Of a DNA stretch of 64,000 bases, positions 11,001 to 19,438 are shown piece by piece. The stretch is from the IMG/VR virus record IMGVR_UViG_3300035682_000004; one strand, given 5' to 3'. Source of the stretch: a virus. The first letter of the stretch is position 1, and every line of letters begins with the position of its first letter. The notes under the pieces were generated by a model. The model was not told the DNA's origin, did not search any database, and saw only the letters and a list, made by a program, of their open reading frames with translations. A program made the translations under genes and the position numbers.

Positions 11001-11182
11001 GAGAGGGTACTTTTGGTAAATCATTAAGTATAAATATGAATTACACTACTAATCCTATTGCTATACTTGATACTCAAAACCAAGAGGGCTACAAGGTTTC
11101 AGCAATTGTAAATCGTTACACAGAAGCATTAAATTCAATTAACCAAACAAAATGGATTCAAGAATTATTAAATAAAAAATAA
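8090..11182 (+). CDS. Baseplate hub protein with C-terminal GH19-type peptidoglycan hydrolase domain
   Basis: Hub-like N-terminus (PMPGIQS, LEWG); C-terminal AQAES..YRGRGLAQVTGFDNY matches the GH19 lysozyme motif. Confidence 0.75.
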   Translation: MNILGEGFNPIISKQIDVRQKLFGAGFNTNNPRNPSFISYARTPTSFVRLMSSVSIGDLNTLNNPYIQTLKLSGTALAKKAILFGGIKEYGGTLKGGITDVTQTGNQSIFNDFAYGWGGTEYGLRPMPGIQSANIKNESLGSLKTSTVQIKAWNKSQFEIIDILYLRLGFYVMLEWGHTVYINNSEDLITNVTSLENEFFTNNANIDNLQKSIIKKRYDSCGNYDAILGRVVNFSWTFNKDGSYDITLFIRSLGDVIESLKANVLTTSPEQLSNNDQGKTPANIINPVLIITPTPNSGELQQQQQNTTNTLSQSPSNQIDPSSANITNLNNAWSNQLINSPNPDVNKSNIHARLYKLKNELDQKYSSTDYSAASIFTYLSDNKLQDVAFATFQGKVDDKGNFEKEYYIRFGALLRIIQGEVIPTIYKGATKYKLLNIDYDESTNLINFIDLQVSTDPSKLLIKRDIQLNDIIVNTFPGVASFITTIGTESYGKLMNVYLNYNYVFQIIEGLIQTPGSKVVLVSFLQSLGDSIGKYLGGINNIVPIIDEDTNTVKFIDQNLLFKKKSVLDSFGLPTTPGVFDLYGYNALGSSSSGSAGFIKDFNLKTELTPAFASMITIAAAARSKVVGEDATALSRLNAGLTSSLFEQINDEYIAIDISSSLDTQYKTTVSDYVKFLESINMIPTRPKWDPAAFNSYSLVLNNFINYAQQLKVEATSSATTSTGFIPINVSLNMTGMSGMKIYQEFNLKTDFLPSNYQTQMSWLIKGVNHTIENNMWSTTIESLSLPNTTTKPDSFEKLANITLSKLADATKIYLIPISYKSIVEKIIARAKELIDGIDKDRLTAILTVAQAESNLNASKTESFKYDVSTPEGIATVKTIFSKLKNKTDEEIKNIFSNSQTAATFLYGANGYLYRGRGLAQVTGFDNYEAADNLLESLYNYTNPYYGNLVKKPEEALIEFKAIDILILSKREGTFGKSLSINMNYTTNPIAILDTQNQEGYKVSAIVNRYTEALNSINQTKWIQELLNKK

Positions 11183-11769
11183 TGTATTTCCCAGAGTCAC
11201 AAATAACACCTAATCAATATACTAATGGAGGAGAATTTAAAATCAAATCCACAGGCCAAAATTATGCTGGGTATTATTTTAATACTTCAACAGGCCAAAG
11301 ATATACAGGGCGAAACCAAAATGACAACCCAGTATTAGAATTAACACCATTAACTGTTAATTTAAATAATACTAATCTTAATCTACCAGAAGTAATAACA
11401 TTAGAAGATATTACTTATAATAATATAATAGCCGCCCCAACTAATATTATATATAAACCAGCTTATAATCCTAATATTCCAACACAACAAGATTATCAAA
11501 TAGGAGAATACAGGCGTTATTTTTGTAAAAAAACTAATGAAATTCTTTATTTAGAAATAAATCAAAATACATTTGATAAGTTATTTTCTAAATCTTCTGA
11601 TATATATTGGCAATATTATTTACCATTTTTCCTTTCTTGGAACTTAACCGGTGTTAAAGAACAAGTTGCAACAGTAAATCGTAACATAGTTTTATTAACT
11701 ATGAAAAATTTATCACTACCTCAATTTGATGTTTACTTAAAATTCGACTTTACAAAGTATTATGTTTAA
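11182..11769 (+). CDS. Hypothetical tail-associated protein
   Basis: Translationally coupled to hub gene; last gene of structural run. Confidence 0.6.
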   Translation: MYFPESQITPNQYTNGGEFKIKSTGQNYAGYYFNTSTGQRYTGRNQNDNPVLELTPLTVNLNNTNLNLPEVITLEDITYNNIIAAPTNIIYKPAYNPNIPTQQDYQIGEYRRYFCKKTNEILYLEINQNTFDKLFSKSSDIYWQYYLPFFLSWNLTGVKEQVATVNRNIVLLTMKNLSLPQFDVYLKFDFTKYYV

Positions 11770-11770
11770 A

Positions 11771-11802
11771 TTTGGCAGTCTAATTTTTATTTAGTATATT
11801 AT
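11771..11802 (+). promoter_or_regulatory. Bacteroidota-type promoter
   Basis: TTTG-N20-TATATTAT. Confidence 0.7.
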
Positions 11803-11817
11803 AGCCTAAAATAGGTT

Positions 11818-13095
11818 ATGTATTATATTATTGAAACATTAGATCAACTAAAAGTCTTATACAATCTTAAGACACAAAAAGCATTTGTTGAGGTAATTCC
11901 ATTTAATTCTAATATTCATCCTGCCTTAAATAAAGTATCACTAGTCTATATTAGACCACTTGATGATACTAAAGGATATCTAATATGTGTCAGCCACAGT
12001 GAAACACTACACATAAGTAAAAATCATGTTGAAAGTGTTTTAAAAGACATTCCAGAATTGTGGGTACGCAATAAGAAACAATTTTTATACTACTTTCAGA
12101 TAAAAGCATGTTGTGATATATCATTAATATCTCCTACGGATATACAACCCACTTTCACACACCAACATTTTTATCAACGATTTCCACAAAAACAAGATAC
12201 CAATCGTATAATACCGGTATCAAAACACTATGAACTGTGTGAAACCGTGTATAACCAAATCAAACCATTAATACCACACCATTTGCCCGAGTGGTTTGAA
12301 TTTTATAATAACCGAGTTACTTTGGCTTTATTTGGGATTGAAAAAAACGGTATAACATTTAATAAACCAATATTTGAAACATACTATGAAACAAATAATG
12401 ACTACTATTCAATTGACAATGATAAAATATTCACACAATATAATATCTATACTACAACTCGCAGACCCGCTAATTCCTATAATGGTATTAACTTTGCAGC
12501 ACTAAAAAAAGAAACAAGGTCAAGTTTTATTCCAAGTAATGATATATTTGTAGAAATGGATATATCGGCTTATCACCCAACACTTGCTGCTCAACTAATT
12601 GGATATGATTTTGGAGACAAAGACATACACGCCTCGTTTGCCGAAATGTATGGTGTGGATTATAAAACAGCTAAGGAATTAACATTTAAACAACTATACG
12701 GAGGAGTATTTAAGGAATATGCTCACTTAGAGTATTTTAAAAAAATTCAAATGTTTATGGATAAGGCTTGGGACACTTTACAATACGGAGGATATTATGA
12801 TTGTCCTATATCTAAATACAGATATGAGTTGAAGAACCTGGATAACATGAATCCAAACAAGTTGTTTAATTATATATTACAAAATATGGAAACATCTAAT
12901 AATATGAATATATTGATGGATATACATAAGGTATTAAGGGGTAAAAATACAAAAATTGTACTTTACACTTATGATTCGTTTTTATTAGACTATGATAAAA
13001 GTGAGGATGACATTTTACCTAAAATTAGTGAAATTTTTACAAAATACAAATTACAAATTAAAACCAATACGGGTAACAGTTATGACTTTAAATAA
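11818..13095 (+). CDS. Short, divergent family-A DNA polymerase-like protein
   Basis: Motif A VEMDISAYHP, motif B AKELTFKQLYGG, motif C YTYDSF, plus TTTRRP; 425 aa. Confidence 0.8.
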   Translation: MYYIIETLDQLKVLYNLKTQKAFVEVIPFNSNIHPALNKVSLVYIRPLDDTKGYLICVSHSETLHISKNHVESVLKDIPELWVRNKKQFLYYFQIKACCDISLISPTDIQPTFTHQHFYQRFPQKQDTNRIIPVSKHYELCETVYNQIKPLIPHHLPEWFEFYNNRVTLALFGIEKNGITFNKPIFETYYETNNDYYSIDNDKIFTQYNIYTTTRRPANSYNGINFAALKKETRSSFIPSNDIFVEMDISAYHPTLAAQLIGYDFGDKDIHASFAEMYGVDYKTAKELTFKQLYGGVFKEYAHLEYFKKIQMFMDKAWDTLQYGGYYDCPISKYRYELKNLDNMNPNKLFNYILQNMETSNNMNILMDIHKVLRGKNTKIVLYTYDSFLLDYDKSEDDILPKISEIFTKYKLQIKTNTGNSYDFK

Positions 13096-13546
13096 AAACA
13101 GCGATATGTATAATTCGATAAATTATGACTTCCAACACATTTTTAATACATTCGACGTGAATAATAGGTTACTATGTACCTTCATTGCTTTAGAGGGATT
13201 AGACGGGCTAATAAATGAGGTTTCTAAAACCTATGATATAATGTACAACAAGATTTTTGTTTTACATGTTCAAAATACAGGTGAGTATGTTATTACTTAT
13301 AACATTGATCAAGGTAACGTGAACACGATACCAACAAATACAATATTAGTACATCGCAAAAAAGAATCAAACACATTATATACAATTAATGCTCTTAATG
13401 AATTAATTAAATCATTAAATAGAGGTGTAGTTGATCCATCATTTAGAATTGATTGGCAACACTATAAAAATAGTATTTTATTAACTCAGCATAACGAACT
13501 AAAAACACTTAATACTAAAATTCATAAAATAGTAGACTTAGTGTAA
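13082..13546 (+). CDS. Hypothetical protein
   Basis: Same frame as listed 12992 ORF; ATG 13082 overlaps polymerase end; ILVHRKKESNTLYTINALN block. Confidence 0.65.
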   Translation: MTLNKNSDMYNSINYDFQHIFNTFDVNNRLLCTFIALEGLDGLINEVSKTYDIMYNKIFVLHVQNTGEYVITYNIDQGNVNTIPTNTILVHRKKESNTLYTINALNELIKSLNRGVVDPSFRIDWQHYKNSILLTQHNELKTLNTKIHKIVDLV

Positions 13547-13572
13547 TATTTATTATTATAAAACATATTACA
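13542..13572 (+). promoter_or_regulatory. Late motif (13546-13553) within hairpin masking the translation start region
   Basis: TGTAATAT (13542-49) pairs with ATATTACA (13565-72), ending 1 nt before ATG 13573. Confidence 0.55.
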
Positions 13573-14175
13573 ATGAAACAACCATTAAATGAACAATTCC
13601 GCAGAATGCAAAAATTAGCGGGTATAATTACTGAAAACCAAATTAACGAAGTTGAAATGGACAAAGACAAAGTTGAAATGGACAAAGACAAAGTTGAAAT
13701 GAACAAAAAGACATTAATGTTACAGTTTAATGATCAATGGAAAGACCATTCACAAGAATATTTAGACTTAGTAGGTACTGATCCTATCTATAAAGGATTA
13801 GACGCAGTAGTTAATAATCCAAAAGTTAAACAAAAAGCTTTTGATTGGGCGTATAATTTAACAGCTGAAGATGAAGATGAGGATGCTTTAAAAAGTTTTA
13901 GAGGTTATGTTCAAGATGGTATTGATTATGAAATTATGCAAGCTTTTGCTCCTCAATTAGCTGAAAATTTAATAGCTGCAGGATTTACATTTGATAAAGA
14001 TGAAGATATATGGATACTTCCTCAATCTTATTTAGATAAAACTAATGGTATGTTTGATTATTCAAATGGAGCTACATCTTATGGTATTATATGGGATGTT
14101 TGGAATATGGATTATGATACAAGTCCAAGAGAAACAATAAGTGATTATCTAAAAGACGCTGCGGAAGCATTATAA
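13573..14175 (+). CDS. Acidic putative internal virion protein with LNE/ITE/INE leader
   Basis: N-terminus MKQPLNEQFRRMQKLAGIITENQINE; late motif upstream. Confidence 0.55.
   Translation: MKQPLNEQFRRMQKLAGIITENQINEVEMDKDKVEMDKDKVEMNKKTLMLQFNDQWKDHSQEYLDLVGTDPIYKGLDAVVNNPKVKQKAFDWAYNLTAEDEDEDALKSFRGYVQDGIDYEIMQAFAPQLAENLIAAGFTFDKDEDIWILPQSYLDKTNGMFDYSNGATSYGIIWDVWNMDYDTSPRETISDYLKDAAEAL
13649..13701 (+). repeat. In-frame 21-bp tandem repeat, 2.5 copies
   Basis: AAGTTGAAATGGACAAAGACA x2 plus AAGTTGAAATG; encodes VEMDKDK repeats. Confidence 0.95.
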
Positions 14176-14207
14176 TATAAACACCCCAACATATTACACA
14201 AAATCAT

Positions 14208-14235
14208 CTAAGGTCCAATTTTTGGGCCTTAGTTT
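14208..14235 (+). terminator. Probable terminator hairpin
   Basis: CTAAGGTCCAA-TTT-TTGGGCCTTAG then TTT. Confidence 0.65.
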
Positions 14236-14264
14236 GGCCTCACATAATGTGTTCATTATATTAT
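14233..14264 (+). promoter_or_regulatory. Bacteroidota-type promoter
   Basis: TTTG-N20-TATATTAT before SSB. Confidence 0.7.
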
Positions 14265-14302
14265 AGAATAATAATAGTTTTAAATTAAACAAATATACAG
14301 TT

Positions 14303-15127
14303 ATGGATTTATCAGAAATCAAATCGAAGCTTGCGAAACTACAAGCTAAACCCGGTTCAAACAAAACCGACAAGAAAAACTCAGGTTGGAAACCATCAAT
14401 CGGAAAACAAAATGTTCGTATTGTACCTAATAAGTATAATAAGAAAAACCCATTCACAGAATTATATTTCTACTATGGTATTGGCAAAAAAGTAATGATC
14501 TCTCCTCTATCGTGGGGTGATAAAGATCCAATTGCTGAATTTGCAAAACAATTACGTAGTACAAATGACAAGGAAAATTGGAGATTAGCTAAGAAATTAG
14601 ATCCAAAAATGAGAATTTTTGCTCCTGTTATTGTTAGAGGTGAAGAAGCAAACGGAATCAAGTTATGGCAGTTTGGTAAGGAGTTATATATGGACTTCTT
14701 AAATTTAGCTGATAACGAGGACGTAGGAGACTTTACAGACGTAGCAGAAGGTAGAGACATTATTATTAATACAGTAGGACCAGATGTAACTGGTACACAG
14801 TATAATAAATCAACAATTATGGCTCGTACAAAAGTTACTCCATTGTCTGAGGATGCTAATCAAATTCAAAATTGGTTAGATGAACAACCAAATCCAATTG
14901 AAGAGTTTAAAAAGTATTCATTTGACGAAATGAAAGCATCTTTACAAGAGTGGTTAACACCTGAAGAAGCAGAAGAAGGTTCAATCATTGATGATGAAGT
15001 TACTACTGAAGACAAAACAGATGACTTACCTTGGGAAGCAGCTCCTAAAACTCAAAATTACACTTTAACAGCTAAACCAGCTCCTAAAGCAAGTAAATTT
15101 GACGCACTATTTGATGACGAAGACTAA
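14303..15127 (+). CDS. Single-stranded DNA-binding protein (T4 gp32-like)
   Basis: WKP..VRIVP, KLWQFGK, DVAEGRDI, acidic tail FDALFDDED. Confidence 0.85.
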   Translation: MDLSEIKSKLAKLQAKPGSNKTDKKNSGWKPSIGKQNVRIVPNKYNKKNPFTELYFYYGIGKKVMISPLSWGDKDPIAEFAKQLRSTNDKENWRLAKKLDPKMRIFAPVIVRGEEANGIKLWQFGKELYMDFLNLADNEDVGDFTDVAEGRDIIINTVGPDVTGTQYNKSTIMARTKVTPLSEDANQIQNWLDEQPNPIEEFKKYSFDEMKASLQEWLTPEEAEEGSIIDDEVTTEDKTDDLPWEAAPKTQNYTLTAKPAPKASKFDALFDDED

Positions 15128-15139
15128 TAATTAAACAAA

Positions 15140-16216
15140 ATGGCTAAAAAAGACACATCACTAGCAGCAGCGGTATCTGCTGAGTTGAGAGGTAGCTTTG
15201 ACTTAAATAAATTCAAGGAAAAGAAATTATTAAGTTCAAATGTGAAATTCAAAGATCAAAAATGGATACCATTATCTAAAGCATTTCAAGATGTAACTTC
15301 GGTTCCTGGGATTCCTCAGGGTCATATAGTCCTACTAAGAGGTCATAGTGATACAGGTAAAACAACAGCGTTAATTGAAGCAGCAGTAGCTGCTCAAAAA
15401 CAAAAAGTATTACCTGTATTCATTATTACTGAGATGAAGTGGAATTGGGAACATGCAATTCAGATGGGATTAGATGTTAAAACAATTGTAGACGAATCAA
15501 CTGGAGAAATTTTAAATTTTGAAGGTAATTTCATTTATGTAGATAGAGAAACATTACATACAATTGAAGATGTAGCTGCTTTTATTTTAGATTTATTAGA
15601 CGAACAGAAAAAAGGTAATTTACCATATGATTTATTATTCTTATGGGATTCAATTGGTTCTATACCATGTGAATTATCAATTCGTTCAAATAAAAATAAT
15701 AATGAGTGGAACGCAGGTGCAATGAGTACTCAATTTGGAAATAGTGTTAATCAAAGAATTACATTATCAAGAAAAGAAAGTTCAAAATACACTAACACAT
15801 TAGTTTGTATCAATAAAGTATGGACAGCTAAGGCTGAAATGCCTATGGGTCAACCAAAACTAATGAATAAAGGTGGATTTGCAATGTGGTTTGATGCTAC
15901 ATTTGTAGTAACATTTGGTAATATTTCAAATGCTGGAACATCTAAAATTAAAGCAATTAAAGATGGTAAGCAAGTAGAATTTGCTAAACGTACAAACATC
16001 CAAATTGATAAAAATCACATTAACGGAGTTCAATCAAGAGGTAAAATCATTATGACACCTCATGGATTCATTAACGATACTGAAAAAGAATTAAAATCTT
16101 ATAAAGACGCTCACGCGAAAGAATGGATGAAAATTTTAGGCAGTTTAGATTTTGATGTCTTTGAAGAAGAAGAGGGATTTGAAGGGACTGATGTATTTTC
16201 ACAAGAACCAGAATAG
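15140..16216 (+). CDS. RecA/UvsX-like recombinase
   Basis: Walker A GHSDTGKT, Walker B LFLWDSIG, NKGG. Confidence 0.9.
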   Translation: MAKKDTSLAAAVSAELRGSFDLNKFKEKKLLSSNVKFKDQKWIPLSKAFQDVTSVPGIPQGHIVLLRGHSDTGKTTALIEAAVAAQKQKVLPVFIITEMKWNWEHAIQMGLDVKTIVDESTGEILNFEGNFIYVDRETLHTIEDVAAFILDLLDEQKKGNLPYDLLFLWDSIGSIPCELSIRSNKNNNEWNAGAMSTQFGNSVNQRITLSRKESSKYTNTLVCINKVWTAKAEMPMGQPKLMNKGGFAMWFDATFVVTFGNISNAGTSKIKAIKDGKQVEFAKRTNIQIDKNHINGVQSRGKIIMTPHGFINDTEKELKSYKDAHAKEWMKILGSLDFDVFEEEEGFEGTDVFSQEPE

Positions 16217-16219
16217 AAA

Positions 16220-17260
16220 ATGAATACAGATGAATTATTTAAACTTCTTGGTAACGTAACTCAAGAAGTAAAGGACGAGCCTACCTCAAATAAACACTCT
16301 AGAGTAGTTTTAGTAGACGGATTAAATTTGTTTCTAAGAAACTTTGCTGTATTAAATTATATCAATTCAGATGGAGTGCATATAGGAGGTTTAGGTGGAT
16401 TCTTAAGATCATTAGGATTTCTGATTAACAATATTCAACCAACATCTGTATATCTAGTATTTGACGGTATAGGTTCTTCCAATAACAGGAAGAACTTATT
16501 ACCTGAATACAAATCAGGAAGACATCAAACACGAGTTACTAATTGGGATACGTTTGATGATTTAGAAGATGAAAATATTTCTAAGTATAATCAAATTTCT
16601 CGTTTAATTCATTATCTAAAATGTTTACCTGTTAAAACAGTAGCAATAGATAAAGCAGAAGCAGACGACTTAATAGCTCATTTAAGTACTCATTTAGCTT
16701 CAACTCATGACTCTAAGGTTTATATAGTATCTTCAGATAAAGATTTCTTACAATTAGTAAATAAAAATATTATTGTTTATTCTCCAATTGAAAAAGATTT
16801 CTATGATAGTAAAACTGTAAAGAGTAAGTTTGGCACTCCGCCTGAAAATTTTATCTTATATAAAACACTATTAGGAGACAATTCAGATAAAGTACCTGGT
16901 GTTAAAGGTTTAGGTAAAGGAAAAATATTTAAATTGTTTCCTGAATTACAAACTGAAATATTAACACTAGATGATATTTTTAAAATTAGCGCTGAAAAAT
17001 ATAAGGAACATATTATCTATTCTAGAATAGTGTTTGAAGAAGATTCAATACGAAATTGTTTTAAAATTATGAATCTAGCTAATCCAATTATAGATGATAA
17101 TGAGAAACAGTTCCTAGAAGAACTAATAATAGAAAGTTCACCAGAATTAAGAGCAGGTGATTTCTTAAAATTATACCATGAGGATGGAATGGGTTTTACA
17201 ATTAAAAATGTAGAACACTGGTTACCTAACAATTTCAATATACTAAATAGTTACAAATAA
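16220..17260 (+). CDS. 5'-3' exonuclease/flap endonuclease (Pol I N-domain, T4 RNase H-like)
   Basis: LVDGLN, VFDG, EYKSGR, EADD, SSDKDFLQL, GDNSDKVPGVKGLG. Confidence 0.92.
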   Translation: MNTDELFKLLGNVTQEVKDEPTSNKHSRVVLVDGLNLFLRNFAVLNYINSDGVHIGGLGGFLRSLGFLINNIQPTSVYLVFDGIGSSNNRKNLLPEYKSGRHQTRVTNWDTFDDLEDENISKYNQISRLIHYLKCLPVKTVAIDKAEADDLIAHLSTHLASTHDSKVYIVSSDKDFLQLVNKNIIVYSPIEKDFYDSKTVKSKFGTPPENFILYKTLLGDNSDKVPGVKGLGKGKIFKLFPELQTEILTLDDIFKISAEKYKEHIIYSRIVFEEDSIRNCFKIMNLANPIIDDNEKQFLEELIIESSPELRAGDFLKLYHEDGMGFTIKNVEHWLPNNFNILNSYK

Positions 17261-17267
17261 ATAAGTT

Positions 17268-18644
17268 ATGACATTACAAACGATAGATCAGTATGGGACG
17301 GGATTTCAAATTAAAGTTATATCAGCTTTATTAACTCGTAAAGAATTTTTAGTAAATATCCATGATTTATTGACTGACGAATATTTTTCAAACCAAGGTC
17401 ACAAGTGGATCATTAAACAAATTCTAGATTACTATTACAAATACCATACAACACCAAGTATGGAAGTACTTAAAGTTGAGTTAAAAAAATTAACTAACGA
17501 AGTATTACAAGTATCTATTAAAGAACAATTAAAAGAAGCATATACATCATCAGACGATGATTTAGAATATGTAGAAAATGAATTTGCTAATTTTTGTAGA
17601 AACCAACAGCTGAAGAGAGCTCTATTAAACAGCGTTGATTTACTTAACGCCGGAGATTATGACTCTATTAGGTTATTGGTTAATAACGCGCTTAAAGCAG
17701 GACAAGACAAAAATTTGGGCCACGAATACAATAAGGATACTGAATCTCGATATAGAGAAGATAATCGTTCATTTGTACCGACACCTTGGGAACACTTAAA
17801 TGTATTATTACAAGGTGGTTTAGGAGGAGGTGATTTAGGTATTATATTTGGTAATCCAGGTGGAGGTAAATCATGGTCGTTAGTTGCATTAGGTGGCCAT
17901 GCTGTTAAATTAGGATATAATGTTATACATTATACACTAGAATTAGGTGAAGATTATGTAGGAAGACGTTATGATGCATTTTTTACTAATAAACCAGTAC
18001 AAAATATTGCAAACCATAGAAAAGAAATCGAAGACATGGTACCAAAATTACCTGGTAATTTGATTATTAAAGAGTTTGCAATGGGTAAAGCAACAATTTC
18101 AATGGTTGAGTCACATATTAAAAAATGTATTGAGTTAGATTTTAAACCTGACTTAGTTATTATTGACTATATTGACTTATTACGCTCTAAACGTTTAAAA
18201 GGTGAACGTAAAGATGAAGTTGATGATTTATATGTAAGTACTAAAGGATTAGCAAGAGAATTAAATTTACCAGTTTGGTCAGTGTCTCAAGTAAATCGTG
18301 CGGGTGCTAAAGATGATGTAATTGAAGGTGATAAAGCAGCAGGTTCATATGATAAAATGATGATTTCAGATTTTGCAATGTCATTATCAAGAAAACGTTT
18401 AGACAAAACAAACGGTACTGGTAGAGTTCATATTATGAAGAACAGATATGGTATGGATGGTATGACATTTAACGCTAAAATTGATACATCTACAGGTCAT
18501 ATAGACATTAATACAGCTGAAATGCATTATGAGGATTCAGAACCAGAACAAGGCTTTAAACCAGCAGGTTTATCACCAAATACTAATTTTGATTTTATGG
18601 ATAAGCAGTTACTAAGTCAGAAATTTTTTGAATTAGGAAAATAA
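17268..18644 (+). CDS. Replicative DnaB-like helicase (T4 gp41-like)
   Basis: GNPGGGKS, YTLEL, IIDYIDLL, SQVNR, KNRYG. Confidence 0.92.
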   Translation: MTLQTIDQYGTGFQIKVISALLTRKEFLVNIHDLLTDEYFSNQGHKWIIKQILDYYYKYHTTPSMEVLKVELKKLTNEVLQVSIKEQLKEAYTSSDDDLEYVENEFANFCRNQQLKRALLNSVDLLNAGDYDSIRLLVNNALKAGQDKNLGHEYNKDTESRYREDNRSFVPTPWEHLNVLLQGGLGGGDLGIIFGNPGGGKSWSLVALGGHAVKLGYNVIHYTLELGEDYVGRRYDAFFTNKPVQNIANHRKEIEDMVPKLPGNLIIKEFAMGKATISMVESHIKKCIELDFKPDLVIIDYIDLLRSKRLKGERKDEVDDLYVSTKGLARELNLPVWSVSQVNRAGAKDDVIEGDKAAGSYDKMMISDFAMSLSRKRLDKTNGTGRVHIMKNRYGMDGMTFNAKIDTSTGHIDINTAEMHYEDSEPEQGFKPAGLSPNTNFDFMDKQLLSQKFFELGK

Positions 18645-18650
18645 AATTTA

Positions 18651-18658
18651 ATATTTAT
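18651..18658 (+). promoter_or_regulatory. Putative late promoter ATATTTAT
   Basis: AATATTTATCACCA context identical to the copy at 29635. Confidence 0.55.
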
Positions 18659-18675
18659 CACCATAACCACAAAAT

Positions 18676-19155
18676 ATGTCTACAGTAGTATTAATAGCTT
18701 GTTCAGCAACAAAATTACCTAAGCCAGCACCAGCTTTTGAATTATACTCATCAGATTTATTTCAAAAGAATTGGGCGTATGCTAAAAAATTAGCGGAAGA
18801 AAAAGATATCTACATTTTATCTGCAAAATTTCATTTAGTACCACATGATAAAGTTATACCACCGTATAATGTGACTTTAAAAGAGTTATCATCTGATAAA
18901 CGTAAAGAATGGTCAGATGAAGTATTAAAACAAATTCAAGCAAAAGGTTATAGTTTAGATAAAGACAAGTTTATATTTTTAGCAGGAAATGCTTACAGAC
19001 AATATTTAGTACCCGAAATGAAGCACACAGAAGTACCATTTGAAGGATTAAGAATTGGTCAACAAAAGAAAGCGTTATTACAAAAATTAGAAGAAAAATT
19101 AATTAGTTTTGCAAGGTATATTATTAATGAAGTTAAAAAAATTAATTTACTATGA
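18676..19155 (+). CDS. DUF6884/YaaA-like protein
   Basis: LIACSATK..A.ELYSS..F..ILSAKFHL..PYNVTL..FLAG..Y..GLRIGQQ pattern. Confidence 0.7.
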   Translation: MSTVVLIACSATKLPKPAPAFELYSSDLFQKNWAYAKKLAEEKDIYILSAKFHLVPHDKVIPPYNVTLKELSSDKRKEWSDEVLKQIQAKGYSLDKDKFIFLAGNAYRQYLVPEMKHTEVPFEGLRIGQQKKALLQKLEEKLISFARYIINEVKKINLL

Positions 19156-19415
19156 AATTAGAACAAACTCACATCAACAAACTAATTACTGAGTATATCG
19201 AAGATAGTTATTCCTTCGGAGATGAAAATCCCGATCTAATTAACGAGACCTTAAACTCGTATAAACAGTTGATTTTAGAATCAAACAAACCAGTTATTAC
19301 TCTTGAAGCATTAAAATCACATGCTTCTAGTCTAACAGAATCAAAAAAAGAAGTATTTAATGATTTCATTTTATATCTTCAAATGACGGAATTAGACAAC
19401 AAATTATTTAATTAG
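19152..19415 (+). CDS. Hypothetical protein rich in (I/L)xE motifs
   Basis: ITE, INE, ILE, LTE in 87 aa; coupled to upstream gene. Confidence 0.55.
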   Translation: MKLEQTHINKLITEYIEDSYSFGDENPDLINETLNSYKQLILESNKPVITLEALKSHASSLTESKKEVFNDFILYLQMTELDNKLFN

Positions 19416-19438
19416 TTAATTTAAAATTTTATTTAAAC

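Noticed and set aside
18651-18677. Hairpin locks at other late motifs (18651, 60587, 1675)
   Set aside because: Only 5-7 A-T pairs, expected by chance at this AT content.
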